A DNA stretch of 64,000 nucleotides from Auanema rhodensis (Eukaryota > Animalia > Nematoda): NCBI GenBank assembly GCA_964057225.1, contig CAXKVF010000087.1, positions 62,001-126,000 on the forward strand, given 5' to 3'. Of the stretch, positions 42,201-54,843 are shown piece by piece (within the stretch, counting starts at the first letter, position 1; each line of letters begins with the position of its first letter). The notes under the pieces were generated by a model, which was not told the origin of the DNA, made no database searches, and saw only the letters and a program-made list of their open reading frames with translations. The translations under genes and the position numbers were made by a program.

Positions 42201-45200
42201 CGTGAAAGATAAAGAAATGCGGTTTTCAAAATTAGATTCCCCATGTCCATATTAGTCTAAAAACAAATTTTTATTGATATTGGTTCATGGTAACCATGAC
42301 TTTGAAATTTACGTGAACTTTAATTTATGCTAATTAAATGTACACGTGATGTGCACTTGGTATGTAACTCGCTTCACGTGAAAGATAAAGAGATGCGGTT
42401 TTCAAAATTAGATTCCCCATGTCCATATTAGTCTAAAAACAAATTTTTATTGATATTGCTTCATGGTAACCATGACTTTGAAATTTACGTGAACTTTAAT
42501 TTATGCTAATTAAATGTACACGTGATGTGCACTTGGTATGTAACTCGCTTCACGTGAAAGATAAAGAGATGCGGTTTTCAAAATTAGATTCCCCATGTCC
42601 ATATTAGTCCAAAAACAAATTTTTATTGATATTGCTTCATGGTAACCATGACTTTGAAATTTACGTGAACTTTAATTTATGCTAATTAAATGTACACGTG
42701 ATGTGCACTTGGTATGTAACTCGCTTCACGTGAAAGATAAAGAGATGCGGTTTTCAAAATTAGATTCCCCATGTCCATATTAGTCTAAAAACAAATTTTT
42801 ATTGATATTGGTGCATGGTAACCATGACTTTGAAATTTACGTGAACTTTAATTTATGCTAATTAAATGTACACTTGATGTGCACTTGGTATGTAACTCGC
42901 TTCACGTGAAAGATAAAGAGATGCGGTTTTCAAAATTAGATTCCCCATGTCCATATTAGTCTAAAAACAAATTTTTATTGATATTGGTGCATGGTAACCA
43001 TGACTTTGAAATTTACGTGAACTTTAATTTATGCTAATTAAATGTACACGTGATGTGCACTTGGTATGTAACTCGCTTCACGTGAAAGATAAAGAGATGC
43101 GGTTTTCAAAATTAGATTCCCCATGTCCATATTAGTCTAAAAACAAATTTTTATTGATATTGGTGCATGGTAACCATGACTTTGAAATTTACGTGAACTT
43201 TAATTTATGCTAATTAAATGTACACTTGATGTGCACTTGGTATGTAACTCGCTTCACGTGAAAGATGAAGAGATGCGGTTTTCAAAATTAGATTCCCCAT
43301 GTCCATATTAGTCTAAAAACAAATTTTTATTGATATTGCTTCATGGTAACCATGACTTTGAAATTTACGTGAACTTTAATTTATGCTAATTAAATGTACA
43401 CGTGATGTGCACTTGGTATGTAACTCGCTTCACGTGAAAGATAAAGAGATGCGGTTTTCAAAATTAGATTCCCCATGTCCATATTAGTCTAAAAACAAAT
43501 TTTTATTGATATTGGTTCATGGTAACCATGACTTTGAAATTTACGTGAACTTTAATTTATGCTAATTAAATGTACACGTGATGTGCACTTGGTATGTAAC
43601 TCGCTTCACGTGAAAGATAAAGAGATACGGTTTTCAAAATTAGATTCCCCATGTCCATATTAGTCTAAAAACAAATTTTTATTGATATTGGTGCATGGTA
43701 ACCATGACTTTGAAATTTACGTGAACTTTAATTTATGCTAATTAAATGTACACGTGATGTGCACTTGGTATGTAACTCGCTTCACGTGAAAGATAAAGAG
43801 ATGCGGTTTTCAAAATTAGATTCCCCATGTCCATATTAGTCTAAAAACAAATTTTTATTGATATTTGTTCATGGTAACCATGACTTTGAATTTTACGTGA
43901 ACTTTTATTTATGCTAATTAAATGTACACGTGATGTGCACTTGGTATGTAACTCGCTTCACGTGAAAGATAAAGAAATGCGGTTTTCAAAATTAGATTCC
44001 CCATGTCCATATTAGTCTAAAAACAAATTTTTATTGATATTGGTTCATGGTAACCATGACTTTGAAATTTACGTGAACTTTAATTTATGCTAATTAAATG
44101 TACACGTGATGTGCACTTGGTATGTAACTCGCTTCACGTGAAAGATAAAGAGATACGGTTTTCAAAATTAGATTCCCCATGTCCATATTAGTCTAAAAAC
44201 AAATTTTTATTGATATTGGTGCATGGTAACCATGACTTTGAAATTTACGTGAACTTTAATTTATGCTAATTAAATGTACACGTGATGTGCACTTGGTATG
44301 TAACTCGCTTCACGTGAAAGATAAAGAGATGCGGTTTTCAAAATTAGATTCCCCATGTCCATATTAGTCTAAAAACAAATTTTTATTGATATTGGTGCAT
44401 GGTAACCATGACTTTGAAATTTACGTGAACTTTAATTTATGCTAATTAAATGTACACGTGATGTGCACTTGGTATGTAACTCGCTTCACGTGAAAGATAA
44501 AGAGATGCGGTTTTCAAAATTAGATTCCCCATGTCCATATTAGTCTAAAAACAAATTTTTATTGATATTTGTTCATGGTAACCATGACTTTGAATTTTAC
44601 GTGAACTTTTATTTATGCTAATTAAATGTACACGTGATGTGCACTTGGTATGTAACTCGCTTCACGTGAAAGATAAAGAGATGCGGTTTTCAAAATTAGA
44701 TTCCCCATGTCCATATTAGTCTAAAAACAAATTTTTATTGATATTGGTGCATGGTAACCATGACTTTGAAATTTACGTGAACTTTAATTTATGCTAATTA
44801 AATGTACACGTGATGTGCACTTGGTATGTAACTCGCTTCACGTGAAAGATAAAGAGATGCGGTTTTCAAAATTAGATTCCCCATGTCCATATTAGTCTAA
44901 AAACAAATTTTTATTGATATTGCTTCATGGTAACCATGACTTTGAAATTTACGTGAACTTTAATTTATGCTAATTAAATGTACACGTGATGTGCACTTGG
45001 TATGTAACTCGCTTCACGTGAAAGATAAAGAGATGCGGTTTTCAAAATTAGATTCCCCATGTCCATATTAGTCTAAAAACAAATTTTTATTGATATTGGT
45101 GCATGGTAACCATGACTTTGAAATTTACGTGAACTTTAATTTATGCTAATTAAATGTACACTTGATGTGCACTTGGTATGTAACTCGCTTCACGTGAAAG

Positions 45201-46112
45201 ATAAAAAGATGCGGTTTTCAAAATTAGATTCCCCATGTCCATATTAGTCTAAAAACAAATTTTTATTGATATTGGTGCATGGTAACCATGACTTTGAAAT
45301 TTACGTGAACTTTAATTTATGCTAATTAAATGTACACGTGATGTGCACTTGGTATGTAACTCGCTTCACGTGAAAGATGAAGAGATGCGGTTTTCAAAAT
45401 TAGATTCCCCATGTCCATATTAGTCTAAAAACAAATTTTTATTGATATTGGTGCATGGTAACCATGACTTTGAAATTTACGTGAACTTTAATTTATGCTA
45501 ATTAAATGTACACGTGATGTGCACTTGGTATGTAACTCGCTTCACGTGAAAGATGAAGAGATGCGGTTTTCAAAATTAGATTCCCCATGTCCATATTAGT
45601 CTAAAAACAAATTTTTATTGATATTGCTTCATGGTAACCATGACTTTGAAATTTACGTGAACTTTAATTTATGCTAATTAAATGTACACGTGATGTGCAC
45701 TTGGAATGTAACTCGCTTCACGTGAAAGATAAAGAGATGCGGTTTTCAAAATTAGATTCCCCATGTCCATATTAGTCTAAAAACGAATTTTTATTGATAT
45801 TGGTGCATGGTAACCACGACTTTGAAATTTACGTGAACTTTAATTTATGCTAATTAAATGTACACGTGATGTGCACTTGGTATGTAACTCGCTTCACGTG
45901 AAAGATAAAGAAATGCGGTTTTCAAAATTAGATTCCTCATGTCCATATTAGTCTAAAAACAAATTTTTATTGATATTGCTTCATGGTAACCATGACTTTG
46001 AAATTTACGTGAACTTTAATTTATGCTAATTAAATGTACACGTGATGTGCACTTGGTATGTAACTCGCTTCACGTGAAAGATAAAGAGATGCGGTTTTCA
46101 AAATTAGATTCC

Positions 46113-49100
46113 CCATGTCCATATTAGTCTAAAAACAAATTTTTATTGATATTGGTGCATGGTAACCATGACTTTGAAATTTACGTGAACTTTAATTTAT
46201 GCTAATTAAATGTACACGTGATGTGCACTTGGTATGTAACTCGCTTCACGTGAAAGATAAAGAGATGCGGTTTTCAAAATTAGATTCCCCATGTCCATAT
46301 TAGTCTAAAAACAAATTTTTATTGATATTGGTTCATGGTAACCATGACTTTGAAATTTACGTGAACTTTAATTTATGCTAATTAAATGTACACGTGATGG
46401 GCACTTGGTATGTAACTCGCTTCACGTGAAAGATAAAAAGATGCGGTTTTCAAAATTAGATTCCCCCTGTCCATATTAGTCTAAAAACAAATTTTTATTG
46501 ATATTGCTTCATGGTAACCATGACTTTGAAATTTACGTGAACTTTAATTTATGCTAATTAAATGTACACGTGATGTGCACTTGGTATGTAACTCGCTTCA
46601 CGTGAAAGATAAAGAGATGCGGTTTTCAAAATTAGATTCCCCATGTCCATATTAGTCTAAAAACAAATTTTTATTGATATTGCTTCATGGTAACCATGAC
46701 TTTGAAATTTACGTGAACTTTAATTTATGCTAATTAAATGTACACGTGATGTGCACTTGGTATGTAACTCGCTTCACGTGAAAGATAAAGAGATGCGGTT
46801 TTCAAAATTAGATTCCCCATGTCCATATTAGTCTAAAAACAAATTTTTATTGATATTGGTGCATGGCAACCATGACTTTGAAATTTACGTGAACTTTAAT
46901 TTATGCTAATTAAATGTACACGTGATGTGCACTTGGTATGTAACTCGCTTCACGTGAAAGATGAAGAGATGCGGTTTTCAAAATTAGATTCCCCATGTCC
47001 ATATTAGTCTAAAAACAAATTTTTATTGATATTGGTTCATGGTAACCATGACTTTGAAATTTACGTGAACTTTAATTTATGCTAATTAAATGTACACGTG
47101 ATGTGCACTTGGTATGTAACTCGCTTCACGTGAAAGATAAAGAGATGCGGTTTTCAAAATTAGATTCCCCATGTCCATATTAGTCTAAAAACAAATTTTT
47201 ATTGATATTGGTGCATGGTAACCATGACTTTGAAATTTACGTGAACTTTAATTTATGCTAATTAAATGTACACGTGATGTGCACTTGGTATGTAACTCGC
47301 TTCACGTGAAAGATAAAGAGATGCGGTTTTCACAATTAGATTCCCCATGTCCATATTAGTCTAAAAACAAATTTTTATTGATATTGGTTCATGGTAACCA
47401 TGACTTTGAAATTTACGTGAACTTTAATTTATGCTAATTAAATGTACACGTGATGTGCACTTGGTATGTAACTCGCTTCACGTGAAAGATGAAGAGATGC
47501 GGTTTTCAAAATTAGATTCCCCATGTCCATATTAGTCTAAAAACAAATTTTTATTGATATTGCTACATGGTAACCATGACTTTGAAATTTACGTGAACTT
47601 TAATTTATGCTAATTAAATGTACACGTGATGTGCACTTGGTATGTAACTCGCTTCACGTGAAAGATAAAGAGATGCGGTTTTCAAAATTAGATTCCCCAT
47701 GTCCATATTAGTCTAAAAACAAATTTTTATTGATATTGGTGCATGATAACCATGACTTTGAAATTTACGTGAACTTTAATTTATGCTAATTAAATGTACA
47801 CGTGATGTGCACTTGGTATGTAACTCGCTTCACGTGAAAGATAAAGAGATGCGGTTTTCAAAATTAGATTCCCCATGTCCATATTAGTCTAAAAACAAAT
47901 TTTTATTGATATTGGTTCATGGTAACCATGACTTTGAAATTTACGTGAACTTTAATTTATGCTAATTAAATGTACACGTGATGGGCACTTGGTATGTAAC
48001 TCGCTTCACGTGAAAGATAAAAAGATGCGGTTTTCAAAATTAGATTCCCCCTGTCCATATTAGTCTAAAAACAAATTTTTATTGATATTGCTTCATGGTA
48101 ACCATGACTTTGAAATTTACGTGAACTTTAATTTATGCTAATTAAATGTACACGTGATGTGCACTTGGTATGTAACTCGCTTCACGTGAAAGATAAAGAG
48201 ATGCGGTTTTCAAAATTAGATTCCCCATGTCCATATTAGTCTAAAAACAAATTTTTATTGATATTGCTTCATGGTAACCATGACTTTGAAATTTACGTGA
48301 ACTTTAATTTATGCTAATTAAATGTACACGTGATGTGCACTTGGTATGTAACTCGCTTCACGTGAAAGATAAAGAGATGCGGTTTTCAAAATTAGATTCC
48401 CCATGTCCATATTAGTCTAAAAACAAATTTTTATTGATATTGGTGCATGGTAACCATGACTTTGAAATTTACGTGAACTTTAATTTATGCTAATTAAATG
48501 TACACGTGATGTGCACTTGGTATGTAACTCGCTTCACGTGAAAGATGAAGAGATGCGGGTTTCAAAATTAGATTCCCCATGTCCATATTAGTCTAAAAAC
48601 AAATTTTTATTGATATTGGTTCATGGTAACCATGACTTTGAAATTTACGTGAACTTTAATTTATGCTAATTAAATGTACACGTGATGTGCACTTGGTATG
48701 TAACTCGCTTCACGTGAAAGATAAAGAGATGCGGTTTTCAAAATTAGATTCCCCATGTCCATATTAGTCTAAAAACAAATTTTTATTGATATTGGTGCAT
48801 GGTAACCATGACTTTGAAATTTACGTGAACTTTAATTTATGCTAATTAAATGTACACGTGATGTGCACTTGGTATGTAACTCGCTTCACGTGAAAGATAA
48901 AGAGATGCGGTTTTCACAATTAGATTCCCCATGTCCATATTAGTCTAAAAACAAATTTTTATTGATATTGGTTCATGGTAACCATGACTTTGAAATTTAC
49001 GTGAACTTTAATTTATGCTAATTAAATGTACACGTGATGTGCACTTGGTATGTAACTCGCTTCACGTGAAAGATGAAGAGATGCGGTTTTCAAAATTAGA

Positions 49101-49280
49101 TTCCCCATGTCCATATTAGTCTAAAAACAAATTTTTATTGATATTGCTACATGGTAACCATGACTTTGAAATTTACGTGAACTTTAATTTATGCTAATTA
49201 AATGTACACGTGATGTGCACTTGGTATGTAACTCGCTTCACGTGAAAGATAAAGAGATGCGGTTTTCAAAATTAGATTCC
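46113..49280 (+). repeat. 9-mer HOR (1584 bp) x2
   Basis: The rare GCTACATGG allele lies at 47565 and 49149; T112G+G150A, A3C and A165C also recur 1584 bp apart. Private differences at 46867, 47746 and 48559. Confidence 0.92.
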
Positions 49281-52200
49281 CCATGTCCATATTAGTCTAA
49301 AAACAAATTTTTATTGATATTGGTGCATGGTAACCATGACTTTGAAATTTACGTGAACTTTAATTTATGCTAATTAAATGTACACTTGATGTGCACTTGG
49401 TATGTAACTCGCTTCACGTGAGAGATAAAGAGATGCGGTTTTCAAAATTAGATTCCCCATGTCCATATTAGTCTAAAAACAAATTTTTATTGATATTGGT
49501 GCATGGTAACCATGACTTTGAAATTTACGTGAACTTTAATTTATGCTAATTAAATGTACACGTGATGTGCACTTGGTATGTAACTCGCTTCACGTGAAAG
49601 ATGAAGAGATGCGGTTTTCAAAATTAGATTCCCCATGTCCATATTAGTCTAAAAACAAATTTTTATTGATATTGGTGCATGGTAACCATGACTTTGAAAT
49701 TTACGTGAACTTTAATTTATGCTAATTAAATGTACACGTGATGTGCACTTGGTATGTAACTCGCTTCACGTGAAAGATGAAGAGATGCGGTTTTCAAAAT
49801 TAGATTCCCCATGTCCATATTAGTCTAAAAACAAATTTTTATTGATATTGCTTCATGGTAACCATGACTTTGAAATTTACGTGAACTTTAATTTATGCTA
49901 ATTAAATGTACACGTGATGTGCACTTGGTATGTAACTCGCTTCACGTGAAAGATAAAGAGATGCGGTTTTCAAAATTAGATTCCCCATGTCCATATTAGT
50001 CTAAAAACGAATTTTTATTGATATTGGTGCATGGTAACCACGACTTTGAAATTTACGTGAACTTTAATTTATGCTAATTAAATGTACACGTGATGTGCAC
50101 TTGGTATGTAACTCGCTTCACGTGAAAGATAAAGAAATGCGGTTTTCAAAATTAGATTCCTCATGTCCATATTAGTTTAAAAACAAATTTTTATTGATAT
50201 TGGTTCATGGTAACCATGACTTTGAATTTTACGTGAACTTTAATTTATGCTAATTAAATGTACACGTGATGTGCACTTGGTATGTAACTCGCTTCACGTG
50301 AAAGATAAAGAAATGCGGTTTTCAAAATTAGATTCCTCATGTCCATATTAGTCTAAAAACAAATTTTTATTGATATTGGTTCATGGTAACCATGACTTTG
50401 AAATTTACGTGAACTTTAATTTATGCTAATTAAATGTACACGTGATGTGCACTTGGTATGTAACTCGCTTCACGTGAAAGATAAAGAGATGCGGTTTTCA
50501 AAATTAGATTCCCCATGTCCATATTAGTCTAAAAACAAATTTTTATTGATATTGCTTCATGGTAACCATGACTTTGAAATTTACGTGAACTTTAATTTAT
50601 GCTAATTAAATGTACACGTGATGGGCACTTGGTATGTAACTCGCTTCACGTGAAAGATAAAGAGATGCGGTTTTCAAAATTAGATTCCCCATGTCCATAT
50701 TAGTCTAAAAACAAATTTTTATTGATATTGGTTCATGGTAACCATGACTTTGAAATTTACGTGAACTTTAATTTATGCTAATTAAATGTACACGTGATGT
50801 GCACTTGGTATGTAATTCGCTTCACGTGAAAGATAAAGAGATGCGGTTTTCAAAATTAGATTCCCCATGTCCATATTAGTCTAAAAACAAATTTTTATTG
50901 ATATTGGTTCATGGTAACCATGACTTTGAAATTTACGTGAACTTTAATTAATGCTAATTAAATGTACACGTGATGTGCACTTGGTATGTAACTCGCTTCA
51001 CGTGAAAGATAAAGAGATGCGGTTTTCAAAATTAGATTCCCCATGTCCATATTAGTCTAAAAACAAATTTTTATTGATATTGCTTCATGGTAACCATGAC
51101 TTTGAAATTTACGTGAACTTTAATTTATGCTAATTAAATGTACACGTGATGTGCACTTGGTATGTAACTCGCTTCACGTGAAAGATAAAGAGATGCGGTT
51201 TTCAAAATTAGATTCCCCATGTCCATATTAGTCTAAAAACAAATTTTTATTGATATTGGTTCATGGTAACCATGACTTTGAATTTTACGTGAACTTTAAT
51301 TTATGCTAATTAAATGTACACGTGATGTGCACTTGGTATGTAACTCGCTTCACGTGAAAGATAAAGAGATGCGGTTTTCAAAATTAGATTCCCCATGTCC
51401 ATATTAGTCTAAAAACAAATTTTTATTGATATTGGTTCATGGTAACCATGACTTTGAAATTTACGTGAACTTTAATTTATGCTAATTAAATGTACACGTG
51501 ATGTGCACTTGGTATGTAACTCGCTTCACGTGAAAGATAAAGAGATGCGGTTTTCAAAATTAGATTCCCCATGTCCATATTAGTCTAAAAACAAATTTTT
51601 ATTGATATTGGTTCATGGTAACCATGACTTTGAAATTTACGTGAACTTTAATTTATGCTAATTAAATGTACACGTGATGTGCACTTGGTATGTAACTCGC
51701 TTCACGTGAAAGATAAAGAGATGCGGTTTTCAAAATTAGATTCCCCATGTCCATATTAGTCTAAAAACAAATTTTTATTGATATTGGTGCATGGTAACCA
51801 TGACTTTGAAATTTACGTGAACTTTAATTTATGCTAATTAAATGTACACGTGATGTGCACTTGGTATGTAACTCGCTTCACGTGAAAGATAAAGAGATGC
51901 GGTTTTCAAAATTAGATTCCCCATGTCCATATTAGTCTAAAAACAAATTTTTATTGATATTGGTTCATGGTAACCATGACTTTGAAATTTACGTGAACTT
52001 TAATTTATGCTAATTAAATGTACACGTGATGTGCACTTGGTATGTAACTCGCTTCACGTGAAAGATAAAGAGATGCGGTTTTCAAAATTAGATTCCCCAT
52101 GTCCATATTAGTCTAAAAACAAATTTTTATTGATATTGGTGCATGGTAACCATGACTTTGAAATTTACGTGAACTTTAATTTATGCTAATTAAATGTACA

Positions 52201-53680
52201 CGTGATGTGCACTTGGTATGTAACTCGCTTCACGTGAAAGATAAAGAGATGCGGTTTTCAAAATTAGATTCCCCATGTCCATATTAGTCTAAAAACAAAT
52301 TTTTATTGATATTGGTTCATGGTAACCATGACTTTGAAATTTACGTGAACTTTAATTTATGCTAATTAAATGTACACGTGATGTGCACTTGGTATGTAAC
52401 TCGCTTCACGTGAAATATAAAGAGATGCGGTTTTCAAAATTAGATTCCCCATGTCCATATTAGTCTAAAAACAAATTTTTATTGATATTGGTGCATGGTA
52501 ACCATGACTTTGAAATTTACGTGAACTTTAATTTATGCTAATTAAATGTACACGTGATGTGCACTTGGTATGTAACTCGCTTCACGTGAAAGATAAAGAG
52601 ATGCGGTTTTCAAAATTAGATTCCCCATGTCCATATTAGTCTAAAAACAAATTTTTATTGATATTGGTTCATGGTAACCATGACTTTGAATTTTACGTGA
52701 ACTTTAATTTATGCTAATTAAATGTACACGTGATGTGCACTTGGTATGTAACTCGCTTCACGTGAAAGATAAAGAGATGCGGTTTTCAAAATTAGATTCC
52801 CCATGTCCATATTAGTCTAAAAACAATTTTTTATTGATATTGGTTCATGGTAACCATGACTTTGAAATTTACGTGAACTTTAATTTATGCTAATTAAATG
52901 TACATGTGATGTGCACTTGGTATGTAACTCGCTTCACGTGAAAGAAGAAGAGATGCGGTTTTCAAAATTAGATTCCCCATGTCCATATTAGTCTAAAAAC
53001 AAATTTTTATTGATATTGGTTCATGGTAACCATGACTTTGAAATTTACGTGAACTTTAATTTATGCTAATTAAATGTACACGTGATGTGCACTTGGTATG
53101 TAACTCGCTTCACGTGAAAGATAAAGAGATGCGGTTTTCAAAATTAGATTCCCCATGTCCATATTAGTCTAAAAACAAATTTTTATTGATATTGGTGCAT
53201 GGTAACCATGACTTTGAAATTTACGTGAACTTTAATTTATGCTAATTAAATGTACACGTGATGTGCACTTGGTATGTAACTCGCTTCACGTGAAAGATAA
53301 AGAGATGCGGTTTTCAAAATTAGATTCCCCATGTCCATATTAGTCTAAAAACAAATTTTTATTGATATTGGTGCATGGTAACCATGACTTTGAAATTTAC
53401 GTGAACTTTAATTTATGCTAATTAAATGTACACGTGATGTGCACTTGGTATGTAATTCGCTTCACGTGAAAGATAAAGAGATGCGGTTTTCAAAATTAGA
53501 TTCCCCATGTCCATATTAGTCTAAAAACAAATTTTTATTTATATTGGTTCATGGTAACCATGACTTTGAAATTTACGTGAACTTTAATTAATGCTAATTA
53601 AATGTACACGTGATGTGCACTTGGTATGTAACTCGCTTCACGTGAAAGATAAAGAGATGCGGTTTTCAAAATTAGATTCC

Positions 53681-53963
53681 CCATGTCCATATTAGTCTAA
53701 AAACAAATTTTTATTGATATTGGTTCATGGTAACCATGACTTTGAAATTTACGTGAACTTTAATTTATGCTAATTAAATGTACACGTGATGTGCACTTGG
53801 TATGTAACTCGCTTCACGTGAAAGATAAAGTGCATGGTAACCATGACTTTGAAATTTACGTGAACTTTAATTTATGCTAATTAAATGTACACGTGATGTG
53901 CACTTGGTATGTAACTCGCTTCACGTGAAAGATAAAGAGATGCGGTTTTCAAAATTAGATTCC
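53681..53963 (+). repeat. Fused 283-bp dimer with a 69-bp deletion (junction 53830/53831)
   Basis: ...AAAGATAAAG|TGCATGGTAACC... joins monomer position 150 to position 44 of the next monomer. The next monomer starts at 53964 instead of 54033. Confidence 0.97.
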
Positions 53964-54843
53964 CCATGTCCATATTAGTCTAAAAACAAATTTTTATTGA
54001 TATTGGTTCATGGTAACCATGACTTTGAAATTTACGTGAACTTTAATTTATGCTAATTAAATGTACACGTGATGTGCACTTGGTATGTAACTCGCTTCAC
54101 GTGAAAGATAAAGAGATGCGGTTTTCAAAATTAGATTCCCCATGTCCATATTAGTCTAAAAACAAATTTTTATTGATATTGGTGCATGGTAACCATGACT
54201 TTGAAATTTACGTGAACTTTAATTTATGCTAATTAAATGTACACGTGATGTGCACTTGGTATGTAATTCGCTTCACGTGAAAGATAAAGAGATGCGGTTT
54301 TCAAAATTAGATTCCCCATGTCCATATTAGTCTAAAAACAAATTTTTATTGATATTGGTTCATGGTAACCATGACTTTGAAATTTACGTGAACTTTAATT
54401 AATGCTAATTAAATGTACACGTGATGTGCACTTGGTATGTAACTCGCTTCACGTGAAAGATAAAGAGATGCGGTTTTCAAAATTAGATTCCCCATGTCCA
54501 TATTAGTCTAAAAACAAATTTTTATTGATATTGCTTCATGGTAACCATGACTTTGAAATTTACGTGAACTTTAATTTATGCTAATTAAATGTACACGTGA
54601 TGTGCACTTGGTATGTAACTCGCTTCACGTGAAAGATAAAGAGATGCGGTTTTCAAAATTAGATTCCCCATGTCCATATTAGTCTAAAAACAAATTTTTA
54701 TTGATATTGGTTCATGGTAACCATGACTTTGAAATTTACGTGAACTTTAATTTATGCTAATTAAATGTACACGTGATGTGCACTTGGTATGTAACTCGCT
54801 TCACGTGAAAGATAAAGAGATGCGGTTTTCAAAATTAGATTCC

